A DNA stretch of 64,000 nt from Basidiobolus meristosporus CBS 931.73 (Eukaryota > Fungi > Basidiobolomycota): NCBI GenBank assembly GCA_002104905.1, contig MCFE01000292.1:38105-102104 (forward strand), in the 5' to 3' direction. Made by a program: the position numbers and the translations under genes. Below are positions 11,917-24,531 of this stretch, in pieces. Below the pieces are notes generated by a model. That model made no database searches. It saw nothing but the letters and a program-made list of their open reading frames with translations, and was not told the origin of the DNA. Numbering within the stretch: position 1 is the first letter of the stretch; every line of letters starts with the position of its first letter.

Positions 11917-12405
11917 TCAAGAGATGGTTTGCAGCATACCTTTCCGGGCTGCATCAAGACAGCCATCCATAGCAAGAGCATTCGCGCTTTTTGAGGTTTT
12001 GTAAAGATTCCCGATCTCTCGACCTTGAGCATTGTTGAATAGGTCCATTTTTGACTCAGCCGACAGGTTATTGCCATTGTCCTCATGACTGTCTGCCACT
12101 TTCTGAGCTTGATCTGCGCCGAATCGAATGGTCATCAGGGCATTCCAGTAGCAGTGACGGAAAGCATCCCCTTTGCCATAGTGGAGAGATGCCGAGGAGA
12201 AGTATCCCTTTGGGGCGAGAGCCTGAGCTGTCTCTTAAGCCGTGTCTGCATCTTCCTTAGCATCCAAGCAGTCAAGAGGTCCAATAAGGAATACACAAGC
12301 CACCTTCTCTGATAAGGATGCATTATTTTGTCTCTTGAGCGGCACAGCAAGCGAGATAGCAGGAAGAAGCAGAGTTGCAACACCGAAGATCTGAGCAAGT
12401 TTCAT
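11917..12405 (-). pseudogene. Diverged DUF6973-like paralogue with one in-frame TAA (codon 57)
   Basis: Reading from the ATG at 12405: MKLAQIFGVATLLLPAISLAVPLKRQNNASLSEKVACVFLIGPLDCLDAKEDADTA*ETAQALAPKGYFSSASLHYGKGDAFRHCYWNALMTIRF..DSHE..MDLFNNAQGREIG. The stop is at 12235-12237 and the frame continues into ORF 11917-12135. TATAAAAG upstream at ~12455. Confidence 0.85.
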
Positions 12406-13947
12406 TGTAACGGGGTGGTAATTGAATTATGGCACAAACAGACTTGAAACCCTTTTATAAATACCGTTGGCGTAAGGATGCGTGCTACATTTACCATCAA
12501 CCTGAATGCAGAGTACTGCCAAAGAAGTTGTGATCCGTGGAAGTATTCTCATAATCAGTTCCATGTTGTTTCAACTCAATCTACCCTGCCTTTGCGAAAC
12601 TTTGCGTAATCTGGAATACAACAATAACCATGAGAAATGCTAAGCCATGTACAACACTATCATGGGCGGATAGCATACCTAACAGGTCTTTCTGGTGGCT
12701 GTTCCAAGCGATTACTGCCGTTCCAAGTTATATATATTGTGGTGTACACCAGACCCAAATACGCATTTTGGCTACTATGTACAATTGTAAATTCTAGAAA
12801 TGCCAAGTCGAGTGATACTCTATCTGGTTGCACTCTCTAACGAAATAATTCGAGCACTGGTTGATGGCATTGTGTAGGGTATTTTAGGCTACGTTACAGA
12901 GTTCTCTTATTGAGTTGGAGGTTTGAGTGCATAAATTCAGATTGGGGAATGCAGTAAACAAGTATTCATAGCTGCAAAGTCTCACACATTGCTTGCTTTT
13001 TTCCAAGGATCAAGATTAGAAATCGTAGATGTCGGGTATTTCGATCACGACTCTGATACTAGAGATCTGTTGCTATCTGGGATCCATCCATCATGGTGAG
13101 AATCTCAACCGCAGTTCACAGTGTATACGAAATAGCAACCTCTATATCAAGATACCAGGTATCTCGATTACTGGCTGTTCATCTGTGTGGTGTATAACCT
13201 AAAACTAGTGCACCAGGCACAGGTTATGCAGACTAATCCAACAGGAAGTTGTCCAAGATTGTCCACAATCACCGTTAATAGTTGCAATCGGGCCATTCTT
13301 CACAAGCACCCCCGAGCGGCAAAAACTACCGTTGTGAATAACAAGCAATTTCGTGCGCCTTAACGCCAATTGTTCTCAATCTTAGTTTTAGGACGGGGTA
13401 TGCTGTTAGTGTCGAGGATAACCTCCGCATCAGGTTATTTTCACAATGTTGAACATTCAAGCCCATTTGCCTCAAACAGGCTTAGGAATCTGGTACTACC
13501 TGGCCAAGCCGTCTTACAGCCAAACCTGTAGAGCGTGATCGGGGTGGGACTTCTACCATCTACTGTCTGTATTCATTCACTCAAGATCCAGGTTTGTATC
13601 ATACAGTCTGGATTTGACACCCTTGTGACACATGATTCGATTACTTGATGCTGCGATCGCTAGATCCTAGATGTTCGCGTATGATGAGTTCTGGTTGAAA
13701 TCATGGCACTAATGTGCACATTATTCCCTTTTCATTGATGCACTAGACTGCACTCCCTACAAAACAGGAAAGCCAATCCTGCGAATACGTACAGATGGCG
13801 TTCTCACAAATGCTGAGTTAAGCTTATTTCGAAAGCAGTCACCTGCCTACCAGCATTGCCATGCCATTGAGAAGAGTAGATATTTCAAGGTATGTTTATT
13901 TGGGTTACGTTTTCGAGCAAGTGTCGATTAGTCAATTGCACAACGAA

Positions 13948-14445
13948 TCATGGCTTAGGGGCCGTTTGAAGAAGCCCACTCTGTGTGCCAGCTATACAAT
14001 CCGATTTGACTCTCATTCTAGCATTATCGGAGTTGGCTTCCTTGGTGGTGGCTGATTTGCCGATCTCTCTGCCTCTTGCGTTGTTGAAGAGATCCATGGA
14101 TGAGGCTGCTGCACTATTTTGCCCAAACACTTCGTGAGCATCACCGACTTCCTTTGCCTGAGACTCACCAATACTAATGGTCATCAACGCACTCCAATAG
14201 CAGTGACGGAACGCATCAGCTTTACCATTTACGTCGGAACCGACTGGGAATGTTTTATCGTTTATCAATGCCTGGGTGGTGTCCAAAGCCGTACTGGTGT
14301 CACGGGCAACCGAAATGCAGTCGAAGATGCCAACTTGGACAGCGCAGTTCCATCCTTCAGCCCACGATTTTTTATGCAACGGAGCCGCTGACGCCCAAGG
14401 AAGGGTGATTAGTGCAAGAGCGCCGATTAGAGTGAATGACTTCAT
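13948..14445 (-). CDS. Secreted DUF6973-like protein, copy 2, 165 aa
   Basis: Differs from 5262-5759 at two residues (AIQ/AVQ and ATA/ATT). Confidence 0.8.
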   Translation of the reverse strand: MKSFTLIGALALITLPWASAAPLHKKSWAEGWNCAVQVGIFDCISVARDTSTALDTTQALINDKTFPVGSDVNGKADAFRHCYWSALMTISIGESQAKEVGDAHEVFGQNSAAASSMDLFNNARGREIGKSATTKEANSDNARMRVKSDCIAGTQSGLLQTAPKP

Positions 14446-15599
14446 TGTGTTTACTGCCGGAAGTTAGAAGAAGGCTGTGTTAGTGAGGCTTTACTCCGTT
14501 CTTCGGTCCATTTATAGCTGATAGGCAGAAAAGAATTGTCAGACAGTATCAGGATCCTCTTTATTGGTGTTGGATCGCTTATGTTGGGCCAATATGTTCT
14601 GTGAAACGATGGCATTTGCAATGCGAACTCTGATACCCCAGAGAGGGACCCTTTGTTGACTGAGCTGCATGTCGGGTGGCAGAATTCGGAAAACATATCA
14701 GAGCTGCTCTGCGAGCTGGTGGGAAGGTCTTTCGAAGTAGTCAATTACTAGATACTGAGTCATTGCTAGTATCCATACCTTAGTTTACCCCCTTGATGTA
14801 TCACAATTATGGAGATTGGTGGCAACGACTGCGTTCATTGTAGAACATTCGAAGCCTTATTGTGATGTACCGAAAATAGATTGAAGATTGTGGTCATTCA
14901 TACTCTTTATAGTCAGTGTGCACTATTTGTGAAGCATCCAATGAAGGCTTTACTTGAACCGTCATCCGAGGGGACTTTCGTGATCTGAGATTCGGCTCCA
15001 GCCATGACCTGTATTCTACTCAACCCTTGTTTCTTATCTTGAGAACTTCAGGATATATCAAGCAAGACGAGTGAGTTCAAGCTGTGTGCTACGCCTTTAT
15101 GGGTAAATATTGTACATTCATGGCTTACGTAGTGGTTGACCTAAGTTTTATGAGTGTGGCATATTTTTGCCTGTGACCACGATACCAATTCTACCATTGT
15201 AGCGTGTTCACATCAGGATTCGGAAGTAGAATTCGTCGCATCACGTCCTAGCTATCCTGATGGCATCGCTTGGCTTGAGCCTGTTCCATCAGCAAATGGG
15301 CTCCCCTGAGAATATCTCCGGGAGATCCAATGCGAAGATCCGCCCTATTTCTAACTTGGCCAGCATATCTTCGAGTGGCGGAGGACATCGATCCCTCTTA
15401 TTTTCAGTATGCCGCTAAATTTCACTTCTGCTCAGAATAGCACTGTCACAATGCATGCTAATTTCGTATCGCAAAATATTCAACATTAGTTGTACAACTT
15501 CTATTTAAGTCTTCACAGTAACCTAGCAGTGGGGCTATTAATAACAACGCTATCTTTCCAGATTTCTCAGATGTAGACTAATATTTGGGGTCATTTTTG

Positions 15600-18500
15600 C
15601 AAGCTTGAATAACACTTGACCAAGTTATTACTCAACAATTGGTTACAGAGAAGTCTGTAATTTAATATCAAATAAGTTGTCTAGCTCATTATCACTACTG
15701 TTTTCTATAGGCATTGAGCTGCCCAGTGTATATGTTGCCCAGACATCAGCTTTTTTGCTTGCTTTATCCCAGTACAAAGTCTGAGTCCACACAGTCATTT
15801 GCAGCTTGGAAGTGACTTTAAATGCTGTCAGAAAGTATGCAAGTACTATCAGCAGACTTAATAGGCAAATTTGAATTCTGGCAGCCATGCTCTTTTGCAG
15901 ATTTTGAAGATATAAGCAATTAACTATTCTCCAATATTTCCAAAATGCTGATACAATCTTGGCCATATGGTATGCGTAGTCTCCTACTGAAAAAGGTGTT
16001 CTCTTGTCTGCTCAACAGTGAATACTTGGTATATAAGAAGCTTTCAGTTTTGAGTAACTTGAAATTTTGCTTTCAATATGACAGTATTTTGCAGGCCTTT
16101 TTGTAATTCTTTTACTTGGAGATTTTCAGAGTGATTCTACCAAAATGAGTATAATGTTGCTTTACTATCTGGCTTGCTGAATGCAAAAGTGGAACTTATA
16201 CTTTGACATGGGCTTTGGGGCTCTAAAAGATGCTTGGAGACATGGAGAGTTACTGGGAGAACAAGTATAATGTGTGGTCTTGACTTAATGACATATTGAG
16301 TGTAGAAATAGCTTTTACTTTTACATAACCTTGGTAGAAAAGGTGCCTAGAATATGCTCAGGAAGGTCAATTTGTTATATGTAGAAGTCTTGGAACTCTT
16401 TGGACTATTAGAGGCTTTTCATGTCCTGCACACAAGATATCTTAATCAGATTTTCTGAAGATATTCTTGCAAGTTGTTTGGCTTTAGAACCTCTAAGCTT
16501 GTACATTTTGATCCAAGTGACTTAATTTAGGCAACGCTTTAGTGTATCTCCAAAACCCATAACAGGATGAATAAGTGACATCAAACTTTGTATCAAAGGC
16601 TTGGAAGCCTCTGGATTACTCTTAGCTTCCCTCCCCGTACAAAATCTGAGACTCTGAACTTTTATAATCTTCAGCAGTTGTTCTACTGGTATTTTAATGG
16701 TATTTTGCCAGTGTTCAGATGGTGTTTTCCCTTCAGGTTCTCATTTGCAATGCTTAGTGAAGGCAGTAAGCAGCTTATTACCCAGTTAGGTACAAATGCT
16801 AGTTGACCTAGTTGCCTCCTGGAAAATATGTCTGCTTGACTGCACAATAGCTGGTATTGGGATATCAAGAGCTGACAGTTTTGAGATACTTGGAATTCAG
16901 CTGATATCTTGGATGATATTCTGCTGGTGTTTTCTTAATTCTTTAGGGCTCATGTTCTAAGTACTTGAGGTCTTGAAAAGATATTCCAAGTAAAGCCCAC
17001 AAAGGGACTATACAAGAAGTCCAAAGTTCTCTTTGCTCTGATCTAATCAAATAAGCTAACAGAGTACTCATATGTAATTTGCAATCTCTTGTTTGATCAT
17101 ATATTGAAAGTTAAGGTAATGCATATATAGTTATGGCAAAAAAACCCTCTACTGTATCATCAAGATGGTGGAAATGTATTTATTATGTTTTCTCCTTGCT
17201 AAATGCTATACTGGTACATCCATTTTTGTCTGCTTGTCCCTTACCTGCTCTCTCCCAGCAATCTAAAGTTTGTTTGATGCTTGTTTTGGGCTCTCTACCC
17301 TGCTTATAACAGGCTCCTGAGAAAGCCAGGGTTTTTATCACTGCCAGGTCCTTCACTGCTACCTTTACTGTATGCTTCTTGTATTGAACTAAATTCTTTC
17401 TTAATAAATGCTGCATTGATTCTTTTGAAGCTGCCTGCTTGTTCCTTACCAGCAGTCTTCTGGCTATCTAATGTTTTTTGCCACTTGTTTGGAGCTTTCA
17501 GCCCTGCTTGTGACAAGCTCTTGAGGAAGCTACTAGTTTTTAGCCATGGCACCTTTGTTCTGCCTTTGATAGTCTCTGCTATTCTTGAGATACTCTCTTA
17601 CTATATCAATGCTGGCCCAAAATCTGTTTGTTTGCTTGAATCCAGGACAATGATTATGGAGCTGATCATTCATATACTACTAGGCCATGAGTTCCTGATG
17701 ATCTTATGGTATGCAAGTCTTAAGGTGATGCCATGCTAGACTTCTTACAGCCTCTTGAATATTGGCCTACTCTTCATTATTGCACTCAACTGCTTCATAG
17801 ATCTTCAGTGTCTTTTGATTTTTAGGCTTGGGTATAAAAATCATATTTTCTCTCTCCCATGCTGTGATAGGTCTTTCTGTGGGCTTTATCTTTGGGCACT
17901 GTTGTTGTGCTTCAAATACTCTATGGTGTTCCTCTACTGTTACATTAGGAAATGGCTCAACTCTTGGCTGTGACATTGAGCTGCTTGAGTTCCTTCTTTG
18001 CAGCTTGGATATTGCATTCTCTACCTGAAATATTGATTGCTCTATGCATATTTCCTGCTCATCCTGTCTCTGGACTATTTCCTGCCTTCTCTGGGCCATT
18101 GCATTTAATGTAGTAGCCACTGCACCTAGTTGCCTCATAGGTGCTTTGGTAGGAGCTGACAACATACACACTAATACTGGCAGTAGTAATACTATGATGG
18201 TCATTTGCCAGTTTGTACCAGAGGTACTGTGTTTGCTATGTTCTCATCTGCCTGAGCATTATGGTCAGCTTGCAGCTTGGCAGAGATCCTCAATTGCCTA
18301 CATGACAGAGCCTGAGGAGTCCACATTATTACCTTCAGGGGTACACTCTCAATATGGCCTTTTTTGAGTGTAGCCATGCTTGTTGTGCTCAATGTGAAGG
18401 CAAGCTGTTGTCCAACTATTCTTCTGCTGCTGTCAATAGTGCAGTTTGGTTGGGAACCAGACAACTTTGACTTATTTTTTGGTAGCATATATGTGTAAGT

Positions 18501-19250
18501 GAGTCAAATCAAGTAGGAAGTAGAGCTGCATATATTGTGTATGTAGTACCACAGCTTTATATATAATGCTTACTATGGAGAAACATCATTGAATTGGACA
18601 CTCATGTAGGTGCAATGTCTCTAGTAACAGGCTCTCTTATATTCACAAGAGTAGTGACAAAAAAGTGATACAATAGCATTGATTGTTGAAAGTCAAGCTG
18701 TTTGCTCCATTAACAAGACTACTTTGATTCTGTTGTAGGATTTTTGGAGATATTGGAAGTGATTGGAAGGACAAGTAGATTATGTGGTTTTCACTTAATG
18801 ATTTATTGAATGTAATAGTAGTGTTTCTACTATTGAATGGTCTTGGCATTACAAACAAGTAGAATAGGCTAAGAAAGGTCCCTAGAAGATGTGTGCAAAG
18901 TTTGGGGCTGTTTGGACAACTTTGAGAATTTTCATGTTCTATGTACCTGGTATTTTAGTGAAAATATTCTAAGTAAATCCCAACAGGGAATTTGGTCAGT
19001 ATTCTCTATGATTTTAAGGTAATGAGCTAAGTGACTAAGCTAGGTGAATATTTAGGTGGAATTTCAAGTTTTACAACAGATTCAATGCCATAAGAGAAGG
19101 GAAAAACAAATATGTGGCTATTGTTACAAACCTCTCAGTACTGAAGCATGCAGACAGCATCAGAACTATTACAAGGATCACAGCCAGTGTTTATCACACA
19201 AGTCAAACATTGGCATTCATCAGTTACTACTGTACTAAAAATATCCTATC
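15600..19250 (-). mobile_element. Unclassified repeat family A, copy 1 (degenerate coding, CpG-depleted)
   Basis: 17250-19250 is homologous to 47005-48700 (inverted) and to 58450-59435; 16560-16900 is homologous to 32420-32780. Boundaries are approximate. Confidence 0.65.
18731..19078 (-). mobile_element. Copia-type solo LTR (348 bp) inserted in family A
   Basis: TGTTG...CAACA ends; 5-bp TSD GATTC at 18726-18730 and 19079-19083; related to the LTRs at 40820 and 43783. Confidence 0.9.
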
Positions 19251-19826
19251 TGCCACTAAATACTTCTATAATGGCACCTAGCCTTTCATGATCACATGGT
19301 ATGCTTGACCTTTCATGATCCGGCCAAATCATATTAGTGAAGAAATCCCAGTTCCTTCTAGAAAGCTCTACTACATTCTAGCAACTTCTGGAAAGCTCCA
19401 AGTCAACTTTACACAATGGAATATTCTATGAAAGCTTCCTTTGAGAATTTATGTAACTCAGTACTATATGTGGTAATTGCATGTCACATGACCTAGTCAT
19501 ATGATCAGCTGACCCTTGGCATATCCCAATGTAATGTTCTAGTCTGTTCTTTAGTATATTTCTATCTTGGCACACTTACTGTGCCTCACCCCAGAACCCC
19601 ATCAGTATTAGCCAATATCTCTTGGCATCCATATTGACACAAAAGACTTGTTCCATTGGATAGTGCCACAAAGTGCCAGCCTATATATGGTGCCAGATTG
19701 ATCTGGCACTCTATGGCACCATCTGGCAGTATAATTTCTACCATGATGCCAGTGGTATGGTACAGTTACTGGTAATTTTACTCAATCTTACTTATGTTGC
19801 TCAGAATAGTGCTTTCCTTGCTTTAT

Positions 19827-20711
19827 TTACTCTTCATAATGCTCCAGACACATTTCTCTCAGTGGATGTCTTCTTGTATGAACATACTGTGCATTAATAA
19901 GTATCTTAACTATTTTACCTATTCTGCTGTTTTCTCCTATATATGACTTTCCTCTGTATTAACCTGCCAATATGCTGAATCTCTTCAGATATCCAAATGT
20001 GTGCTCTACCCTCACTCTGAAATGGTTAAATATCTCATTGTAGAGCTTCTGCTTCTTGCTAAGCACACCATTCCTTGGCTTCCTATAAGCTGTAATATAT
20101 CCTAATCTCTGACAATCCTCTCCTATATAGTCTAAGTCTGCCATACATTTCTCCCCTCTACTGAATTCAGGATGATTCTCTACCCAGAGTGCTTTGTCAT
20201 GCCTACTTCCAGCAAATGGCCCACAAAACCAGATGATGTTACCCTCAATGTCAGACAGTGCTTGAAACTTCACACAGTGTGCCTTGTACTTGCCAGAATA
20301 AAAGTGCCTCTGCCCTCTAGAAGGTCTGTTAATCCTCACTGGGAAGGTATCCAAAATACTCCTGACATGGAACCTGTTGCTGAACACTCTGGGATATGGA
20401 AGTCTATTGGAGCTTCTGAACCTAGTACTCCAAGCTTGCTCTAAGTCAATCATACCCTCTGCAAGGTGGTTCTCCATTGCTGTCAGCTGGGAATGAAAGC
20501 TTCTAGGACTTTTGTTGCCATGGATGGTGGGATAAAACCTTGTAGGGCATTAGTTCTTGTAATAGCAGAGAAGCTTAACAAGGGATCTCCTTGAGTAGAT
20601 TGGGGTTGATGGTCCACAGTACTTGGAATAGATCTCCTCTAGTGTGTCAAAAGGAAATCCAGTGGTAGTGATGGGATTGATGAGAAAAGACCATTCAGAT
20701 GAGTAAGTCAT
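19827..20711 (-). pseudogene. HARBI1/DDE_Tnp_4-type transposase with in-frame stops
   Basis: Motifs ILDTFPVRINRP, YSGKYKAHCVKFQ, GSRHDKALW, ADLDYIG and RVRVEHTFGYLKRFSIL. Stops at ~20550 (TAT>TAA) and 19959 (AAA>TAA) relative to the sister copies. Confidence 0.9.
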
Positions 20712-21070
20712 ATTAAAATTGGTGGATGATTGTATAGAGGCGGTTTGAATTGATTTGGTGTGATCTGCGTTATTTATCTGACTTTTAATACATTATGGTT
20801 AAATCTCCATCAATTGCCGTGTATCCCATCATTATGTTGCAAAAATCATCCGCAAACAATGCCTTGGTACTTTTATTGATGCTTTAATCCTAGGTCTATA
20901 ATCAAATAGGAAATCTGCAATTGATGAGATCTGATCTGTGTCAATGTGATCCAAGATGCATCATGCATAACATATGGAAAATTCAACAATCACATTAGTT
21001 TTCATATATATTTCACATAAGACCAGGTTGATGCCAATATACTGCTGTATAAGTAACCAAATCCATTGCT

Positions 21071-22318
21071 ATGGTCCCCATACCAAGCCTCAACTCATCT
21101 TTAGTACAACCCAGACAAAACCCATCCCCCAGCTCACAAGCGCAGTCAGGACCAAAAAATTTGATGTTGGATCCATTCAAGTTCTTGCCAAATGATTTTA
21201 GTATGGCCCAAGTGTCTATGATGAGCCTTCATACAGATATTTGGGCACTACTGATTAATCTAGCAGAACTAGATACCTCAGAGAGTCAACAAAGATGGAA
21301 GAATTTGAGTAGAAAGCTGTTGCATGAGCTCTACATCAAGATGCCAGCCAATGTATGTAAGAAGATATATAACAAGACAAGTATTGAAATCAAGAATGAG
21401 CTGAGAGTGAGGGGATTTGACAAAGAAGCTGCACGGGAACAATTTTGTGCGCAATTTGCACAGTACAGGCTGGACGCGTCTGTTTGTGCCTCAACTTTGG
21501 GAACCAAAGAGATTTTGAATGAGTTTTTGCCTCAACTGACTAATGTACTATGTGATATATTAGTAGAGCTAAGTGGCTTCTGAGAGCAATATACACAGGA
21601 CTCATCCAGGCAACAGCTCCAAAGTATCAGACAGAGGGTAAGTGAATACCTTGAGGAATCAGATGGTGAGCTTCAGGAGGAAGATTACAGACCGCAAGCA
21701 ACATTGTCCAGATTGCGCCAGCACGCCTTGCTGGATTCCCTACCATTGCTTGCAACCACAGCGTGCCGGCACACGTCAGTCCAGACCATGCCAACACCCT
21801 TTACCAGAACGCCCCGCATCAAGTCAACGTGCATTGAGTCAACGCACGTGCTTCAGAGCAAAACTACAAGAACTTGCCAAACTGCTCACTTAGACACAAG
21901 TCCATTGGAGCGGACCAAGTTGCGTCAACATGCGGCATCACATCAGACTCAGCCAAGGGCCATCTCAACACGTCAAGGTGCACCTGTGCATGCCATTTTG
22001 CCTGACTATCAGCAAGTTACTTCTGGTGAACTGACTGATGATGACCAACATGAAGTGCCTCAACCACCGGAGCCCTTGGCAAGTAAAAGAATGCATCAGC
22101 ACATGGCACTACAGGCCGGTTCAGTTGGTTCAGTTGGAGCAATTCAGCGCGGCCAAGCTGCAGCATTGCACTCATCAACTAGGAGGCAAAATACTGACTA
22201 CAAATACACAAGTAGCCAAGATGATAGTCAGCTAGGAAGTAGTATAGGTGTGCAAAGTGAGTCACTACCAAATGCTTCAGTAGTAATCCCTGTGAGAAAA
22301 AAACCCAGGAGAAGATGA
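21071..22318 (+). pseudogene. Accessory ORF of the Harbinger-like element (~415 codons, one internal TGA at 21581)
   Basis: ORFs 21071-21583 and 21704-22318 share a frame. QRWKNLSRKL resembles a Myb/trihelix-type helix; C-terminal NLS-like RKKPRRR; conserved in copies 2 and 3. Confidence 0.75.
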
Positions 22319-23060
22319 TGCAATTGCTTTGAGTTGCTCATATTTGTAATGATCCCAACAACCCATTTTTTTGCAATCCAAATCAAGCCATTGCAAATCA
22401 GTGATCATCATATTTTTGATATAAATAATATCAAGGTTGTCTCACATTTGAGACAGAACCCCTATAAATGAGCTCCCTGCATATATATATGTCATCTGTA
22501 ATACCAGTGCAGCTATTGGATCTGTTTTGCACCTACACAATTGCTTGCGTGCTAGCTAAGACACCTTGTCCAATCACTAGGATCAGGGATTTACTTGCTC
22601 AATGGGCAAAATGGGATATTTGATGGCAAATCAGGTAGCTTTTTTAATAGTCAATGAGCCAATTGGGGGCTGCCAGCTTCAGGATACTTTTGGACCAATT
22701 AACCACTGAGATACTGTCCAATTGGAGTGAGGGTAACCAAAATGGTAAGTATCAGTGTAGTTTATAGCGTGATACACATTTATTTCTATTTACATTAAAG
22801 AAACATATCCAAATACTGGATTTTACCTGCCATATTAGCGGTATCCAATTGCGCATGTGATGCAAACATTACAAGTTGGCGCAATCATCCGTGCCAATCT
22901 CATTGTGGCAGATTGTGCCATAGTGTGCAAGATTGTCCCACATAGTGCAGAATTGTCCAAGAACAATCCTGCCTTCTGGTAGCTATAATATTGCACCCAA
23001 TTGTTCTTTACAACTGCGGATTGTGCCACACGCCCTGGCACAGTGCAATGGAACAAGTCT

Positions 23061-23440
23061 AAAGTATAAATAGTTCTATCCCCCCTTATGTATTTCTCAG
23101 TCTGATAAACATAGGTCTTGAATAAACAGTGTTGCCTTGTTGATTCACACCTAAGTCCTTTCCTGGTCCTGCCTTGCCTAGCCCTACTCTCCCACCTTGT
23201 GTCTATACATAACATATGCATACTTGTCACCATGTGCAAATTAAATATGGTGAGTTTGTGACACCTATTGGTTAACCTCAGCCTTCTAAATATGGCCTGC
23301 AGAGTGATAACTTTGCAGAAGAAGGCTAACTGATGGATTGTGAGTCTATCTCCCCTCACAACAGTATCCTGTATGAGCCCAGCAAAGCTTTGATGTGCAA
23401 TGAGACAACACCTGTGGAAAAGAATGCCAAGGATACTTTA
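23061..23440 (+). repeat. Probable LTR-like remnant that hosts the Harbinger-like insertion (left part ~19260-19643)
   Basis: GTATAAATAG followed by AATAAA just downstream of the element; CpG-depleted. No termini resolved. Confidence 0.35.
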
Positions 23441-23449
23441 TGGAGCCAA

Positions 23450-24531
23450 GTGGGTTAGCCCCAAACTTTGCACACATCTCCTTGGGACCTTTGCAAACAT
23501 ATTCTACAAGTTTACTATACTTTTACACTTAGTATATTATTAAGTGATGACTAAATAATCTATATCTTCTTCCAATTGCTTCTAGTATCTCCAAGACTCT
23601 TACAACACCATATATATAATATAAGATCAAATTGTCAGCTGTGGACTTTAAGGCTGATACAAGGCCTTGAAACTTGTCTACCAGGCTATTCCAGAGGGTA
23701 ACTATCATATCTTCCTCAGTAGTTAGCACACCAACATATTCCATCTCATCAACCCACAGGGTAATTCTGTTAATTAGAGAGCTCATTTCTTCTCCTGGCA
23801 GAATATTTGTAGTAAGGAATTTTTGTCTAGGGTACATCTACTTGGTGGCTGAACATGACTGGTAGGTGTCTTTTAATGTCTTCTAGGCATTCTTTGCTGT
23901 TTTTGCTGTTGAACATTGATTTATCAATTTGTCTTTAGCATTAAGACAAATGCTTTAAAGGCACTTTGCTCCTTCTTCTGGTACTTTAAGGCTTCTCTCA
24001 CTTTTCTTTAAAGGCATTCTTCTCCCATTGAAATATACCAAGGCCTCTTCTTTGTGGCAGAATCATCATCTTACCTTCCAGACTTGGTAGTTGGATCCAT
24101 CCAACTTTTCAGCAGAGGGAAAAGTTCCAGTATTAGCAGTATTAAGCATTGCAGAGTGACAGCTTGGGGCTCATAGCCAGTTGTAAGAGTCTTCGAGATA
24201 TTGGAAGTAATTGGGAAAACAAGTATACAGAGTGGTTTTACTAAATGATTTATTTAATATAAAAGTAGTAAATATACCTTTACATGATCTTGGCAAAACA
24301 AATGCAAGGAGTATGCTTGAGAGAATTCCATGAATATGTGCAAAGTATGGGGCTGTTTGGGCAACTTTGCAAAACTTCATGATCTGGGTACATGATAGAT
24401 TTATAAATGTAGCTCAAGTAAATCCCAACATAGTATTTAGTCAGAGTTCTGAAATATTTGTAGGTAATGATCTGAGTGACTAAGTGAAGTGAATACTCAG
24501 GTAGAATCACAAACTTTTAGGGCATACAACA
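23450..24531 (-). mobile_element. Degenerate Copia remnant: 5' LTR (24179-24531), PBS, gag fragment, plus an inverted LTR fragment (23450-23607)
   Basis: PBS-like GGCTATGAGCCCC; the gag reads EKLDGSNYQVWKV..AKTAKNA..RQKF..GEEMSSLINRI..DEM..EEDMIVTL.NSL.DKF. Confidence 0.8.

Larger units (their letters stand above)
19644..23060 (-). mobile_element. PIF/Harbinger-superfamily-like DNA transposon, copy 1 (3417 bp, two divergent ORFs)
   Basis: Perfect 15-bp TIR AGACTTGTTCCATTG; AAA on both sides (19641-19643 and 23061-23063); GGCAC/GTGCC-rich subterminal repeats. Confidence 0.9.

Noticed and set aside
15290-15400. Minus-strand frame PPLEDMLAKLEIGRIFALDL resembling a Gypsy RT segment
   Set aside because: The match is short, the following residues do not fit, and no other RT motifs are nearby.
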